Assembly (NCBI RefSeq): GCF_964194025.1 | Contig: NC_134471.1 | Location: 24,800,001-24,864,000, forward strand | Origin: Convolutriloba macropyga | Taxonomy: Eukaryota | Reading direction: 5' to 3' | Length of the DNA stretch: 64,000 nucleotides | In this document: positions 1 through 13,007 of the stretch, in pieces | How positions within the stretch are numbered: the first letter of the stretch is position 1 | Layout of the letters: the number at the start of each line of letters is the position of its first letter | Position numbers and translations under genes: made by a program | Notes under the pieces: generated by a model | What the model saw: only the letters and a program-made list of their open reading frames with translations | Told to the model about the DNA's origin: nothing | Databases searched by the model: none

Positions 1-1163
1 ATTTTCGAAAACCAAATGAAAATTTTTTTCTAACAGTCACTGCTACAATGAGTGTACCGCTGTGATTGTCACGACAATAGTCATTATGTCCAATTTATGT
101 ACGTTGCTTGATTAAAAATACGTAAAATATATATTTTACAACATCTGAAATATCTTTTCTCGAACATAAATAAGTCAGTTTTATTCAAACGTTCAGTTTT
201 CTCAAACATTCAAGTCTTTTTGAGAATTAATTGATTCAAACGGTTATAAGCAGTTAGAGTGCTCATGCAAACATGAAAGGTGAAAAAAATTTTAATCATA
301 TGCAGATGAAATTTCTGTTAAAAGTTCTAGGTACTTAAAAGTCATCTAGAGATGATAAATTGCTGTGCAATCAAAGCTCACAAAAGAGGGACTGATAAAA
401 AACTTTTCTTAAGAAAAATAGAAAAGCATGAAACTCCGCAAAAAAATTTTGAAAGATAATTTAAAAAAGCACTTGAACAATTTATCATCGTTCAAGTGCT
501 ATGCATTTTTCTAGAAAGTAATGAAAATAAAGAACATTAATTCAGGGTAAGTTTTAACGAACAATTTGAAATAGAAGAAAGTCCTTCTAAAGACTTGCTC
601 GGTCACTTTTCAAACTCAGTAAATATTATTAATACATTAATTACTAGTCAAAAATACAATTATCAATGTTTTTTAATTAGTGAATTTTAACAAAAATAAA
701 TAAAAGTTTACCTTTTTTGCATTTTTTTTTACTTCATAAACAATCTTTTCTTACTGGCCACAATATACATATCTTTAAACAGATTTTGCAAAATTTTCAG
801 ACAAATAGTTGCTATAACTAAGATTTTCCGGTACAACTAATATTCAATTTTGACCTCTTCCTATTTTAGTTAGATTTGTAGTGGTAAGGTTTATCTGTTG
901 CCTACTTAACTCAGAAGTATTTTTGTTAATGAAAAATAGTTTTTTATCTGAAAAAGAGTATTCGCAGAAATTTTTCAGTTTTTAAAGTCAAAGGTTGCCG
1001 ATCTGAGGTTCAATTGATAGCGGAGCTGAGTCCATGGTAGATTGAAATTAGAGAAACAGATCAATTTTTATATTTTCCTAACATAGTGACAAAAATCGTA
1101 AAAATTTTGATAACTTTATTTTAAAATGTGTTTTTTAATTCAAAATGTATTTTAAAAATCTAC

Positions 1164-1500
1164 CTGCAATATCTCTTATGCTCTCGACGTGCAACTCAAT
1201 GTACACTTTGATTGGATAGGTTGCCGAATCGATGACGTCTTTGTCGGACTTTTCCGAAGAGTCGATTTGATTAGAGGTCGGTCTAGGAGGTGGCAGTGTG
1301 TTTTTCTTCCTGAGGAATGCCTTCGTGCTGAACAAAATATCCGCACCAAGACTCGAGTCTTCGTTTTCAAACGAGTCTCCCATGTCAAAAGATGCAAACA
1401 CTGGCTTTGTAAACAGAGATAAACAACTGGACAAAATAAACAAACAAACACAAACTCGTGAATTTCTCGGACGAAATTTTGATAAACGTTGTAGCTCCAT
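1164..1500 (-). CDS. First coding exon of a Cys-loop (pentameric) ligand-gated ion channel subunit; gene continues left of the window
   Basis: Hydrophobic signal-peptide-like segment (VCVCLFILSSCLSLFTKPVFA), then PPPRP...YPIKVYIELHVESIRDI, matching the pLGIC N-terminal 'RP...PVxVxxxIxIxSIxxI' pattern. Minus-strand GT donor follows 1164 (GCAG|GTAG) and a TTTTTCAG acceptor lies just upstream of the ATG. Confidence 0.7.
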
Positions 1501-4299
1501 TTTCGTCTGAAAAACTGAAACTGTAGAATTGTAAGTCTAGTCTAGATTAAAGTTTATTAATCTGCATGTTTTATTAATAGTTTATTTTATTGGCTTTTAG
1601 ACTAAACCAACACGTATATTGTGGAAGATATAAAGATAAAATAGGGCCAAACAAAATGAATTGTTTAGAATAAATCTTTGGGGAAAGGAATTTACAAAAT
1701 AATGACAATAAGATTCACAACTTTAAGAGCGGATTTTGAGGAAATGCGTAAGTTTATCTGAAATGAATCAAGATACAAAATTTGCACAAGGTAGCCAAGA
1801 ACTACCAGAGCTGCAACTTCTGCGATCTAAGCGACTGGCGGCGGTTGTGGTTACATGAAAACTATAGAAAAGAGGGGGTAGCAACACTTTGTATTTCGTT
1901 TAAGGGTAGCTTAAGGCGTGCTTGTAAACTGAAATTGGTTTAATAAAACGGACATTGGTAGGTAGTAGTATAGTTAATAAAACCGGGGTCCGCCTGAGCT
2001 GGGCAAATTTGAAAATTGCCCAAAGTAGCTAGCTAGGTAGTACTGTTAGAATAGTTGGGCAAAAATTGTTTTGCCTTCTTTGGCGGGCGCGAGAGGAAAA
2101 TTTGGAAAATGAGGCAAAAGTTGAGTAAGTAAATAATAAATTGAACAGGTAAAGTGTCTGTGTGTATGTATATATGTGTTGTAGAGAGTGTATAGGTATA
2201 TCGATTGTGTTTTATAATGGTTAGTTGGTATTATTGGTGTATAACTAAAGGGCGAATAAATGTAAGGAGAGTTACCTGACGCTTGATTAAAATTTTTTGC
2301 CCGTTTTGGGCGCTCTCTTTCAACTAACCCGCTGCGCTTGGCTGGCTGTAACGGAAAAATTTGAGCGGCTAGAGTAGGAAACAAACATAACACTTTTATG
2401 GGCGTTATTTAGACTAGAACAAAAAGAACGTGTCACACGCAGGGGTCCAGTTCATCAGATCTCACCTTATCCACCAACAACCATGCAACAAGGTGTGATC
2501 CGGTGCCCGGGGGAGGGGGATGTTGCGGGGTCTCAATAAGGGGTGGTTGTTGGGTTGGGAATAAAAAGGAGGAAATAAAGGTGAGTTCAAGCAGAAAAGA
2601 GTTGAACAAATTCAGGAAACTAGAAAGGGTGAGGTAAGTTGTTCTGGGAGAAATTGCAAGTCACCCAAATTAGAAGCGACTGAAGGAAAATCGTTGGTGG
2701 TAACATATTGAGAGATGTAAAGAGCACGGCAGTGGAGGTGAGGTTGAGGGGGGGGGGGTAGAGTTCTGGGAAAAGTGTATAAGAAAGGAGAGTGTAGCGT
2801 CAGAGATATATAAAATGGAAAGGGGGTCGGTCTATAGGAAGGAATAAAGGAAAATTGTGTAACAAATTTTGTAAAATAGAAAAGAAACTGCGGAATGCGA
2901 GACCAAATTAATGGATAGTTGTAAAATATACAACGGGGTGAGTTTTAAACCCCCCACCGCTGGCTGCTGCTTCTTGCAACCTGGAACGGGAACTGCATTG
3001 CATGATCGTAACTGTCGTCCTTGTTTTGAGAACCTAAAATAAAAGAATAAGGAAAATAGGAATAAGTGAAAAACAGTTAGCAGCTTCTAATGGTTGGTTT
3101 GAAAAGTAAGAGAGTAATTTTAAAACTAAATTTAGCATAATTCTGCTGCCTTGAATAATATTCTTAGAGCCTATCATCTTACTAGAAAATTTCAGGCAGT
3201 AGACAAATAGGAATAATGGTTGGCATATCTTGGTTAAAGAATAATACAGGGAAAATATCCCATCTTGGATATATATTATATGTATGGTGTATTGAATAAC
3301 TTATTGACGTTTTTTCTTCATTTCCCCGCTGTTTTTATTCCCCTGCCACTAAATAATGGTTATGAGGAGGGGAAGGAAGCACACTGAATTCATTTGTACT
3401 ATTTTGATGATACTTAAAAAAGTAGAGGTAAAATATTAGCGAAAGAATAAGTAAAATGGAACTAAGTGCGTACATAAAGAGTTTAATATACTTAGAACAG
3501 CAGTAAGCCTTCTGTTCAAAAATAAACAACACACCACCAACTTATCTGCTGCTGATAAAATAAAGGTTACAGACTTTTACTTAATATTCTCCTTATTTTA
3601 AAACCACCCAAACAACCCCCCCCCCCCCCCCCACCCGCTTCATTCTACCCTTTGCCCAATACAACCACTAGCCAAATAAGGAGCAGATATGTTTCTGAAA
3701 TTACGAAGAAACGAGATGACAGGATATTGTACTAAATAATCTGCGCCAAACTCTGAATAACGTCTGTGTTTATAAAATGACGGGATATCTAATCAGGTTT
3801 ATAAACGCACGTTATAGGCTATTATTTATAGTTACAATAAGTAGTTTCTTTCAAACGCCGACCTGAATTACATAAAATTAGGGGGATGTTCTAATCAATA
3901 ACTGTCTCCAGTAATCGGAACGGTCTTGCGGATTTAGACAAAGCATGCGCTTCCGGCTAGCGAACAAACAATAGAAAATCTTTTGAAACAAGTATACCAA
4001 TATTTAAACTTTCAATTTGGGGTAAAATGACAGACTACATGTGATTATCTTGGACAAGATAATTTAACTTGAGAAACTCCTGTAAACATGCATCAAAACC
4101 GCTAATTTTTACTCTGTGGCAAATTTATACAACTGAAGATTTTTATTATAGCTTTTTTTTCGCATAGAAATGAAAGTTAAACATAAAAACTAAAAAATCA
4201 AAGTACATAGAAAAAAGTCAGATTTTTCCAAACAAAAATGTTAGAATGTTAAAGAAACAACCCATTTTGAATTAAACGTAGATTTATTCCGACATTGCT

Positions 4300-4860
4300 T
4301 GATAAGAAGCGCTACTTTTTCAGCATGTTGCTAAACAGATGAAGGCTTGAAGAACAAGAAAGAACAACAGAATTTTCTATAAGAATTGGCCAAGTTCGAG
4401 AGTTGATTTAAAGGTTAGTACACTAGACTTCTAACAAAAGATGCTGGTTCCCATCCAATACTGACCCATAATCACAGCTGCTGCGCCTGCTTACATGCAT
4501 CGCAATCAATTTTAATCAAGAGTCCAATTTTAATTAGGATTAGAAATGTCTTTTCAGTTGCCAAAAAATGATACGGCCATAATGTCTGGTTTGTAGTGAC
4601 AAGAAAAGATCTGGCTTTAAAACTCAGTCAGGTTCAAACGGATTCCTTCTCCGAACACTTCAATTTGCAAACAAGCGAAATATCTGAACAGGTTCAACAT
4701 ACAACAAGACGTTTTCATTAAGATAACCGGTTTTTAAATTCACAAAATACTTGTTTAAAGAACTCATGGTCGAAATCAGTTAAAAGTTTATTTGATTTTC
4801 AGAAAGTTTTATTACGATCAAGTGTCTACCCGCAAATCGGCAAGCTACCTTTGCAATTGA
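4300..4860 (-). mobile_element. Heavily decayed Ty3/gypsy RT-RNase H remnant
   Basis: Minus-strand fragments HYKP...CDACKQ...GWEP resemble gypsy RNase H 'HYDP...CDAS..G.GAVL...GW.PI'; many stops and frameshifts. Confidence 0.4.
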
Positions 4861-4999
4861 GTCGTTGCCTTTTGTTTGTTGCCACGAACCCACACAATCG
4901 GGTCCTCAAATTTCATTTTCAGCAACCCACACAATCGGGTTGAAAAAAAAGAGGATTCTCTCCCTCATTGGGTGACAAACGAGTTCTAGCACACCAATA

Positions 5000-7400
5000 A
5001 TTGGCCAACTAAAACTTAGGTGAGCTGAGGGTGTGTATCTGCTGAGGATGTTGGCGAATGAATGAGTCGCATAACAGAAGATCTCTAGCAACAGGCATTC
5101 TAGCTGAACTTCTCCTTAAGGTCACTAAAACTCTTTGAGATAACCGATTGTAGGTAATTGATAAAAACAGCTGGTTCAAAGTTTCGGTTATCGGCAAGTA
5201 AGGCTATAGGTTTCAAACCAGCTCTGCGAAACGCCCGAAAAAAATTCAAACGCCACTGGTGCAAACTGGATATCTATTTCGACACACTTTTGGGCAGATT
5301 GTTCATATTTCCTTTCTTCAGCTTTTGTCAGGGCAAAATCACATCGGCTTGCAGCATCTGAAATTAAACTGGGCTGCAGTGGGTATGTTTTGGTCACATC
5401 TAATACGACTGGTTGTCCCACAGACCAACTGGGTTAGAACATGTCTTCTGGTCTTGAGTATTTCTCCGGAATCAATTTCTCCTGTTCCCAAATGAAAGCT
5501 AAGTTTGCAGTTGAGCGAGCAACAAATGTTCTAATTCTCAATCTATTATGCCGAAAAACCAAAGCGCCCGAAAACTTGACAGCGTAATGCGCGGTCACTC
5601 AGCTTTTCCAATGTTTGGTTTTGACAGTACTGGAATTTTCGTTCGTAAATGTCTAATGGAATGCCAATCTCAAACTTCAATGAGACTCTGAATTAATTTG
5701 GCTAAAGATGAAGTTTCAGACTATGGATTGGAGAGGTGTGGAAAGTCAAGCAGCTGATTGAGGCAATGCTAGTGAAAGCAAACTAGCTTTTTCTTTTTTT
5801 GAGATCTAATGACCAAGCAGGTTTGAGAAAACAGCATTGTCGACTGCCTCCTTAAACAATCGTGTGCTGTGTTCATCTCTCGATTATTCAGCTCATCCAC
5901 TGCTTCTCTGAACATTTGGTTGTCTGCTATTTTTTCACCGGTTATTTTTTTTACTACTGAAGCGTCTGACTGCGATACTGAACAAACATATGCTGCTTTC
6001 ATTTGGTCACCTGCTTATCTAATTCCAACGCCAGTTTTGCGTATTGAAAGAGAGCCCTGCTTCCAAACGCCGCCAGCTATAACGGTGATTACCATATTGT
6101 CAATAGTTCTTATTCTGCGACATATTCTGCAACATATCAGAGTGTCAAAATCGTGCAACAAAAACATATCAGAGAATTCTTCTGACATCTTCTATGTTAC
6201 ATCGCAGGTAATATACCATCTTTGGGACACCAAGACAGCTTCGAAAAACTCCAAGAGCACACTGTGGATCCTCCAGATAGGCAAGGTTGTTGAGCAGTTT
6301 CTCTATTTTTTTGTTTGATTCAAAGGTGCATCCACAAAACTAGGAGTGCCGATGGCAGCCCCCATAGTTCCAAGTAGTGATTTTTTATTTCTGTTTTTCC
6401 TGTTATCTATAGCGTTAAAGTCACGGGTGACCAGAGCTCACATTTTTCTGTCCTCAGTTCGAAACCACAACCTTCTCCCAAAATAGTCAACAAGGTCAAT
6501 GCTGTGCATTATTGCTGATGGGTACCACCAAGGATGTTGTCATCTAAACACAAATTATTCTTCACTAGAATTGGTACTGTTGTTTCAACTTCTATAATGA
6601 TTGGCCACAATGCTACTGAAAACAAAAGCGTTCCCAAACGACCCCCTTGTTGTAATTTAACTGACTGCCCATATATGTGTTGTTAAAGTGCTAAAGACTG
6701 TCTTGTGAGTAGCAAAATTTTTCCGGAATTTTTAGATTGTTGCAATATTTTACGGAAAGTATTTGTTCCATGTACTATTCTCTCAGCAACGTTCTTGACG
6801 CAGCTTCTGAATTTGCTTCACGAGCTATGCATTTATCAAAAAATACCGAAACATTTCCCCATCAGCGATAATACGGACCCCACTTTTCCCTTTTTTAATG
6901 CAGTTAGTGTTTCACTACATAGAATAGGAGCAGCATAATTAGCTGATTACCACCACTCCAGCATGCTCAACGACTGTTTCCCTTTTTGCTGCTTGTGCGT
7001 CTTACCCCCCGATTAGATGCTCGCAAAGCACGTTTGCTAATTGCCGAGTTTTTTCTAGTTTCTAACTGTTGCGCCTGTGAAATGCATGCATCATATCCAC
7101 CAAAATAAAAGAATAAACCTTAGGGTTGGAATGCGCTTACTGATGATGGTTTTGAGATCTTGGAGCTCACTTAGACTTATATCTGTTGTAGCTAAATTTG
7201 TTGATTTTTTGGTCTGCATAATCTCCTCTATCCGGTTCGCAAAATCTATTTTGGCATCTTTTTCAATTTAGGTAAAGGCGTAAGATGCGAGAAGGCCCAT
7301 GTTGATTTGGATTACACCATCTCATTGGGTCCAAACTGGTTATATCTAATTTAGGTTTCTTAAAGATGATTTTCAATAACAATCATCTGATAGAGCAGTA
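5000..7400 (-). mobile_element. Decayed non-LTR retrotransposon with RT and C-terminal restriction-like endonuclease (CRE-like clade)
   Basis: Minus strand: KLQQGGRLGTLLFSVALWPII (~6600-6660; RT motif 'QQGDPLGPLLF'), RHNRLR (~5540), RPEDMF*PSWSVGQPVVLDVTKTYPLQ...AEERKY...FAPVAFE (5200-5455; RLE 'RPAD...W..G...A.DVT...K..KY...F.P.A.E'). Confidence 0.7.
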
Positions 7401-8299
7401 CCCTGATTGATTGTTTTAGAACACAAGATTAAAAAAGCAAGGGGTTGGTAAGACCTCACCGGCTTGAGATCCAAACAAGCTGCTAACTAACTACTGAATG
7501 GTTGATTTCCTCACATGCACAGTGTTGAAAAGACCAGTTTCCACGCGACATCCAGATTCCACCCTTTCTGACATGAAAACAAACAAAAGATGGCGGGGGA
7601 TCAGTTTAGGATGCGGAAGGGCGTTAAAGACGTTCTTTCATTACACCAACATCGACTCAACTTCAAAATTTTGGCTCGAAGTTTTGAAGTAGAACTATTC
7701 GGTATTCGGTCCCTCACGGTTAGTTAAAGTAAAAATGAAATTTTGGTTTAACAATTTAATCACGTTTTTAGAATCGATATAACTAAAATCAGACCTATAC
7801 CAATTTACCCAAAAATCAACAGACTACTGAATCTGTACGGCAAACTGTCAAATATAATTATATTTAAACGAACCTATTAAGCAGTTGTCTGCGAAGATCA
7901 GGGCACAGTTGTTCTTCTGACATGATTAAACGTATCATATTTGTATTTGATATCAAATGAAAAAACGCTTGAACGGCAAATGGTTTATTATTATCTGACC
8001 GTTGAAGCCAAGGATCACAAAAAAGATGCATGGTCCTCTTTTAACCGTTGAGTTCTTTGTAGGATGAAAGAAACGTTTTTGAAATTCCTGAAGAATGATG
8101 CATAGATTTTTTGTTTGCAATATACTAAACAAAAAAGTGAGGAAAAAATAAATAGTTCATCTCGTTTCATACCAAACAATAATTGCCGGTATACTGCATT
8201 TGAGAATATGTTTTTGATCATGAACAAATGAGTTTTAAAAAATCTTTTAAAATGTTGACACTAAATATGCTCAACATCCAGCATTTACAGTTGCAAGGC

Positions 8300-11200
8300 A
8301 CTTTGAAACAACTTGGTATAATTGATTAAAACTAAATCAAGTTTTCTCTTCTTCAAGTTTTTTGCTATTTGTTCCCACCCACAATAGTTGTGGAGGAACC
8401 ATATGCTCAACTGGGATAGTTTTGTGCGGTCTTTTTTGGCCCATCAATATATTCATTGTAGAGAGTTATGAATTGCATAATCAGAAAGCTCGTAGAATAT
8501 AGACTAAAAACCTTTTTTTGAATGTTTATTGTCCAGGCAGATATCGAGGTTTAAAGTTCATTAGATTGAGATCCGTTGTTTTTGTTCACGTTTTCCGGAG
8601 TTTTTGCTCAAAAGTTTGTCAATTTCATTAGAACATATCATATTTATTATCAATAGTTACCTTGGTTTTAACTATGAACACAATGTAGTTTGATGACTTA
8701 ATTGATTCAAAATTTTTATCTCAAAATTTTATCTCCGGATTTTCCATCACCTTTTTCCATCCAAAAATCGTTGTTCAGCCCAATTTTTTTTCAAAATTGC
8801 GGAAGTAGAGTATTTAAAACTACTGACACTTCTTTGAATAAAACCAAAAAGGGGCTAGTTTTATCGTCACCTTCTTTAGAAGAATTCTTGAAAAAAATTC
8901 TGAGGGTTGTCGGCTAACCTAAACAATCATTATTCAGAAAACATCAGTTTTTTTAATTTTTTGTTGCCAAATTAGTCATTTCGGATAGGTTTGGAACATA
9001 TAATTGTTGATTCTGGTAGAAAAATCGAGTCCAGTTTTGGACTTATAAAGGCTCTTGACAACGAAAAGTTGTAATCCCATTGGGGCGATGTCTTTTTAAA
9101 ATCTATTGCAGAAATTTTTTAAATTTGGCTGTATATAATACAGACCAGAATATTTTCCTCTCGAAATTATTTGACAGCTCATACTAACCTGGAAATGAGG
9201 CGCAAAAATCATATGGTCACTTTTCACAGAAATAAAATGGTTCTCGTGGCTTCCACTGAAAGTGTTCGCGTAAACTGGAATCGAACTCTTGTGTTTAGCC
9301 GATTTTTGTTTGTTTTTAGCCTTCATTCAGTCTTTATTCAGCTTTGATTCAATATAATTCAGCTGGTTTTAACAGCACGTATAATTGAACTTATTTAGTG
9401 ATTTCGTTTGTCACCTAACTGCTCTTATGTCGTAGCATATAATTGTTTTAATGAAATCTTTTTGTCAACTTTGCCAATTTTTTCTAAACTCTGTCAACAT
9501 GCTTTGTCTCACTAAACTTAGCTTGCATTTTCTTTCTAAGATTGAAAATTTGCTGTCTTCAGCTGCAATTATTGTCTTTATGGATTCGATGCCACGAGTT
9601 TTAATAATTTGTTTTTATTTTTAGGCATTTGCGATTTTTCAAATTCTTTTTGTTGCCTTCTGTGATTTTAACCCTAATTACAGCTCCCATTGCCTTTAAA
9701 AGGACAGGAGGTTCACTATAAAGAAACTCGCTACTGAATAGCGTAGTGTGTTTCAGGTTTTTGAATTAGTTTTTCTGCAAAATATAACCGAATTTTGAGA
9801 TTTCGCCAAAGTTTGGGGTTAATTTTGTGTTCGCCTTACATAATCTGAATATAAACAGGGTTCAGCGAAGACACAAATTTTTTGGAGACATAAGTCAACG
9901 TATGTTCTGATTTTGGTTGATTCTTAAGGGTAATAATGTGCTTGAAAAAAATAATTTTGAAAAGTACTTATTTCGAATTTTTAATCTCAACCACTTTTTG
10001 TTCTTCTTTTTGAGAACTTGTATATTAGAGTCAAAAATGACATGTGCCATCCACTTTTTTGTGCAAAAAAAAATTTCATTTCTTTTTATTTGAAGCTCTA
10101 TGTGGTTTCCTAAAATTTATTGAAATTTTACACCGGTCCTGTTTCTTTTTGCGTAGTCGTTCAAAATGAGGGCAAAATGATTTTCAAATTGGACACAACT
10201 GATTACTTATAAACTTTTCAATTGATATGTTCTGATTTCACAAGCTTCAACCATAAGTTTTTGGGAAAAATTGTTTGTAGAATTTGGTTCCAGGATTCAG
10301 GAGTTCTGCGCTATAGGTTGCTAATTTGTATTCATAAGACTTTGTCTGCACTAGGTTTCTCTACAAATGCCTTTATGTGAAGTTATAACCTTTTTATATC
10401 TCGTCTATTTTTGTTGAATGCTGGTGGTTGTTTTGATTTTTTCTTACCTTCTTCAATTGGTTTCAGAATCGCACTAAACACAGGTTGCTTGTTTTTCTTT
10501 ACAAGACAAATATTGTTCATGAGTTATTTTTTTGAATAGTCTTGAGGCTCTGATTCTTCAAACTTTCATTTAAGTTTGTATATTCTGGATATTGGCCAAT
10601 TGTTGAGTTTCTCTTTAAATTTTTTTTGTCCAATTACAAAATTGGCGATGGTTACCATTGGCTCCGATTATACAAGTTTTATAACTGATATAACGTTTTT
10701 AATGAATACCTTATGCTTTTAAGGGGCCTCGTATTCTTGTTAACTACAGGCCGCAATGACATCCTATGGTTAAATAAGAGAAAGTATCTGATATTTCCAG
10801 TTGATACCTAATGGTTTTATTGGCTTTCAAATCAATAGTTTTCAAAAATAGTCTCAATAATGACCTGTCCAATCTGCTTTCTGGAGATGTACAAATTGTT
10901 TTTTTTCCTAATAATACTTACACTTTTATCTGATCCTTCATCTAATCTTTATTAGACTATTGTCTTGTTTCAGGTCTTATCAGCTCTCCAAAGTGCTTTT
11001 ATTTAATCCTGTGACTCACTACTGACCGGTTCTAACGGCTCTGATGAAAGTACATAAGAATCTACCCAGTACTTTTAGATGAAAGCTCATGGTTGTTAAG
11101 ACGTTAACCCCTTTTATTCTTGATCTTGTTGATATGTTACCGAGCTTCATTATGAAGAGGTCCCCTCACCTTTGAAGTGAACTGGAAGCTGATTTTTTCG

Positions 11201-11500
11201 GTTCAGGTCTTATCTGACGATATCTGGACTTTCTTAACTATTTAGATATTGATTTTAACCGTGATTTAAGTTTTTTTTTTGTTGTCGGTCGTCTTGTCTC
11301 GTTATTTTATCATTGACGGAGGTCATCGGCACTCCAGTGCAGCGTTATTTAATACATTTATTGTTCTGCGGTTGAAAAACTCTTTTTTATTCATCGACAA
11401 AATAACTTCGAACAGTATGTGTATTATTGAAAAGTCTTTCGCTTCCTCATTTGGCACACTATTAAAAATATAAAAGGACGGGGTCGGAACATTTTGTGAG
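8300..11500 (-). mobile_element. Possible very old LTR retrotransposon gag-pol remnant
   Basis: Only weak fragments (e.g. DLFIMK-like gag motif ~11150); no intact ORF; boundaries approximate. Confidence 0.25.
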
Positions 11501-12735
11501 AACGCATATTACCCAGCCTGTTCCTTTTTTAAATCTTAGTAGTTTCTTCATAATAGGAATTTCAATTAAAATGAGAAATTGATCATGTAGAGAACAAAAT
11601 ATAAAAAACTGAAAAATCTGAGAAAAATTGCAAAAAGGAGACTATTTGATAATCAAAACTGCATATATGAAAATCAACTTTTAAAGGCCTGAAATAACGA
11701 CTTGTTTGAAATTTTCAAAAAAAGAAAATGATTTTTGTAACTCAAATATTGATTTCAAGCTCAAGCAAAGTGATACATCAATAATCGATCATAATTGTTG
11801 AAAAAATTATGAATAATTGGTTTCCCAAAGTTATGAAAATCTATGAAAATCTAAATGTCTAGTTTTAAAACTATATGTGCCTGCAACCAGGCGAGCCAAC
11901 CTCTCCGAAAGATGAATTTCTCGGTAATATATTTAAATAATAGATAACACATTTTTTGAGGCAAATCCAACATCTGTTTGATCATCTAAAAGTAAAATGT
12001 TATATTTGGTAAACAATAGGATAATTTTGTATATATTTTGAGCCAAATTTCTGTTGTATTCTAAGGTGAGTTAGATTCATTTGCCATATAGCAAACTTGA
12101 ACCGCCTAAAAAGGAAGCTCTTTCAGGCAGGCATTCAATTGATTGAAATTGAGAATAATTTGTCACAAGCAGTCAAATTGTGAAGCTGCGGCTTGATCAA
12201 TATTTGGCTGCGCCTAATTTTCAAATAAAACAAACAATTGGCCAGGCGAGCATTTATATCTGATCACGATAACGAGATAGTATAAAAAATCAATAAATGC
12301 AAAGTTTATACGAGTTCAAAATGTTTTCACTGCAGCCTCGCCCTCAACCAGATTTCAAATAGTATTGTTAAAAATGGCTTTTAATTATCTCGTGATTGCA
12401 TTAATCAGTTAGAGTGGCAATTTACCAAATTGTCGTACAAAACCTCTTTACCAAAATGCCCGATTTTACCCAATTTTACCCAATTCGTAATACCCAATTT
12501 TGCCCCTTCGATCTTTTGTTTGATAATCCTATTTCAAATTAGCACTTAGTATTACAAGAATGATTTATAATACTTAAGTGAGCAATTTGATCTCATTTTC
12601 GGTTGTGATAGTTTGATATCAACTCTCCCACAGGCCGCTGAGGCATGGCAACGGCCCGCAACACTGGGCCAAATTTATAAGTCTTACATATAAAGCATGG
12701 TAAATATAATTTCCGACAGAATGTTACGATAAGTA

Positions 12736-12905
12736 CCCTAGTCGAACTCCGACGCTTATCTTGCAAGATCTTGCAAGATTCTTGCAAATGACGCCTATCT
12801 TGCAAGATCTTGCAAGATTCTTGCAAATGACGCTTATCTTGCAAGATGCAAGATCCGGACGCCTATCTTGCAAGAACCTTGCAAGATCTTGCAAGATAGA
12901 CGTCG
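12736..12905. repeat. Left TIR and subterminal array of palindromic TCTTGCAAGA with interspersed GACGCYTA
   Basis: About 10 TCTTGCAAGA-like copies read directly after CCCTAGTC. Confidence 0.9.
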
Positions 12906-13007
12906 AAAAATGTTTAAAAAAAAGTGAATTTTTAAAGTCCTATTAACTCAATGATCCTTTTCTCTTATGAGTTCAGACGTCAAAGGGAGCTCTCTGTTCA
13001 AAACAGA

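Noticed and set aside
12593-12946. ORFs with LQESCKILQD / LARFLQ repeats (also 38108-38490)
   Set aside because: Translations of the TCTTGCAAGA subterminal arrays.
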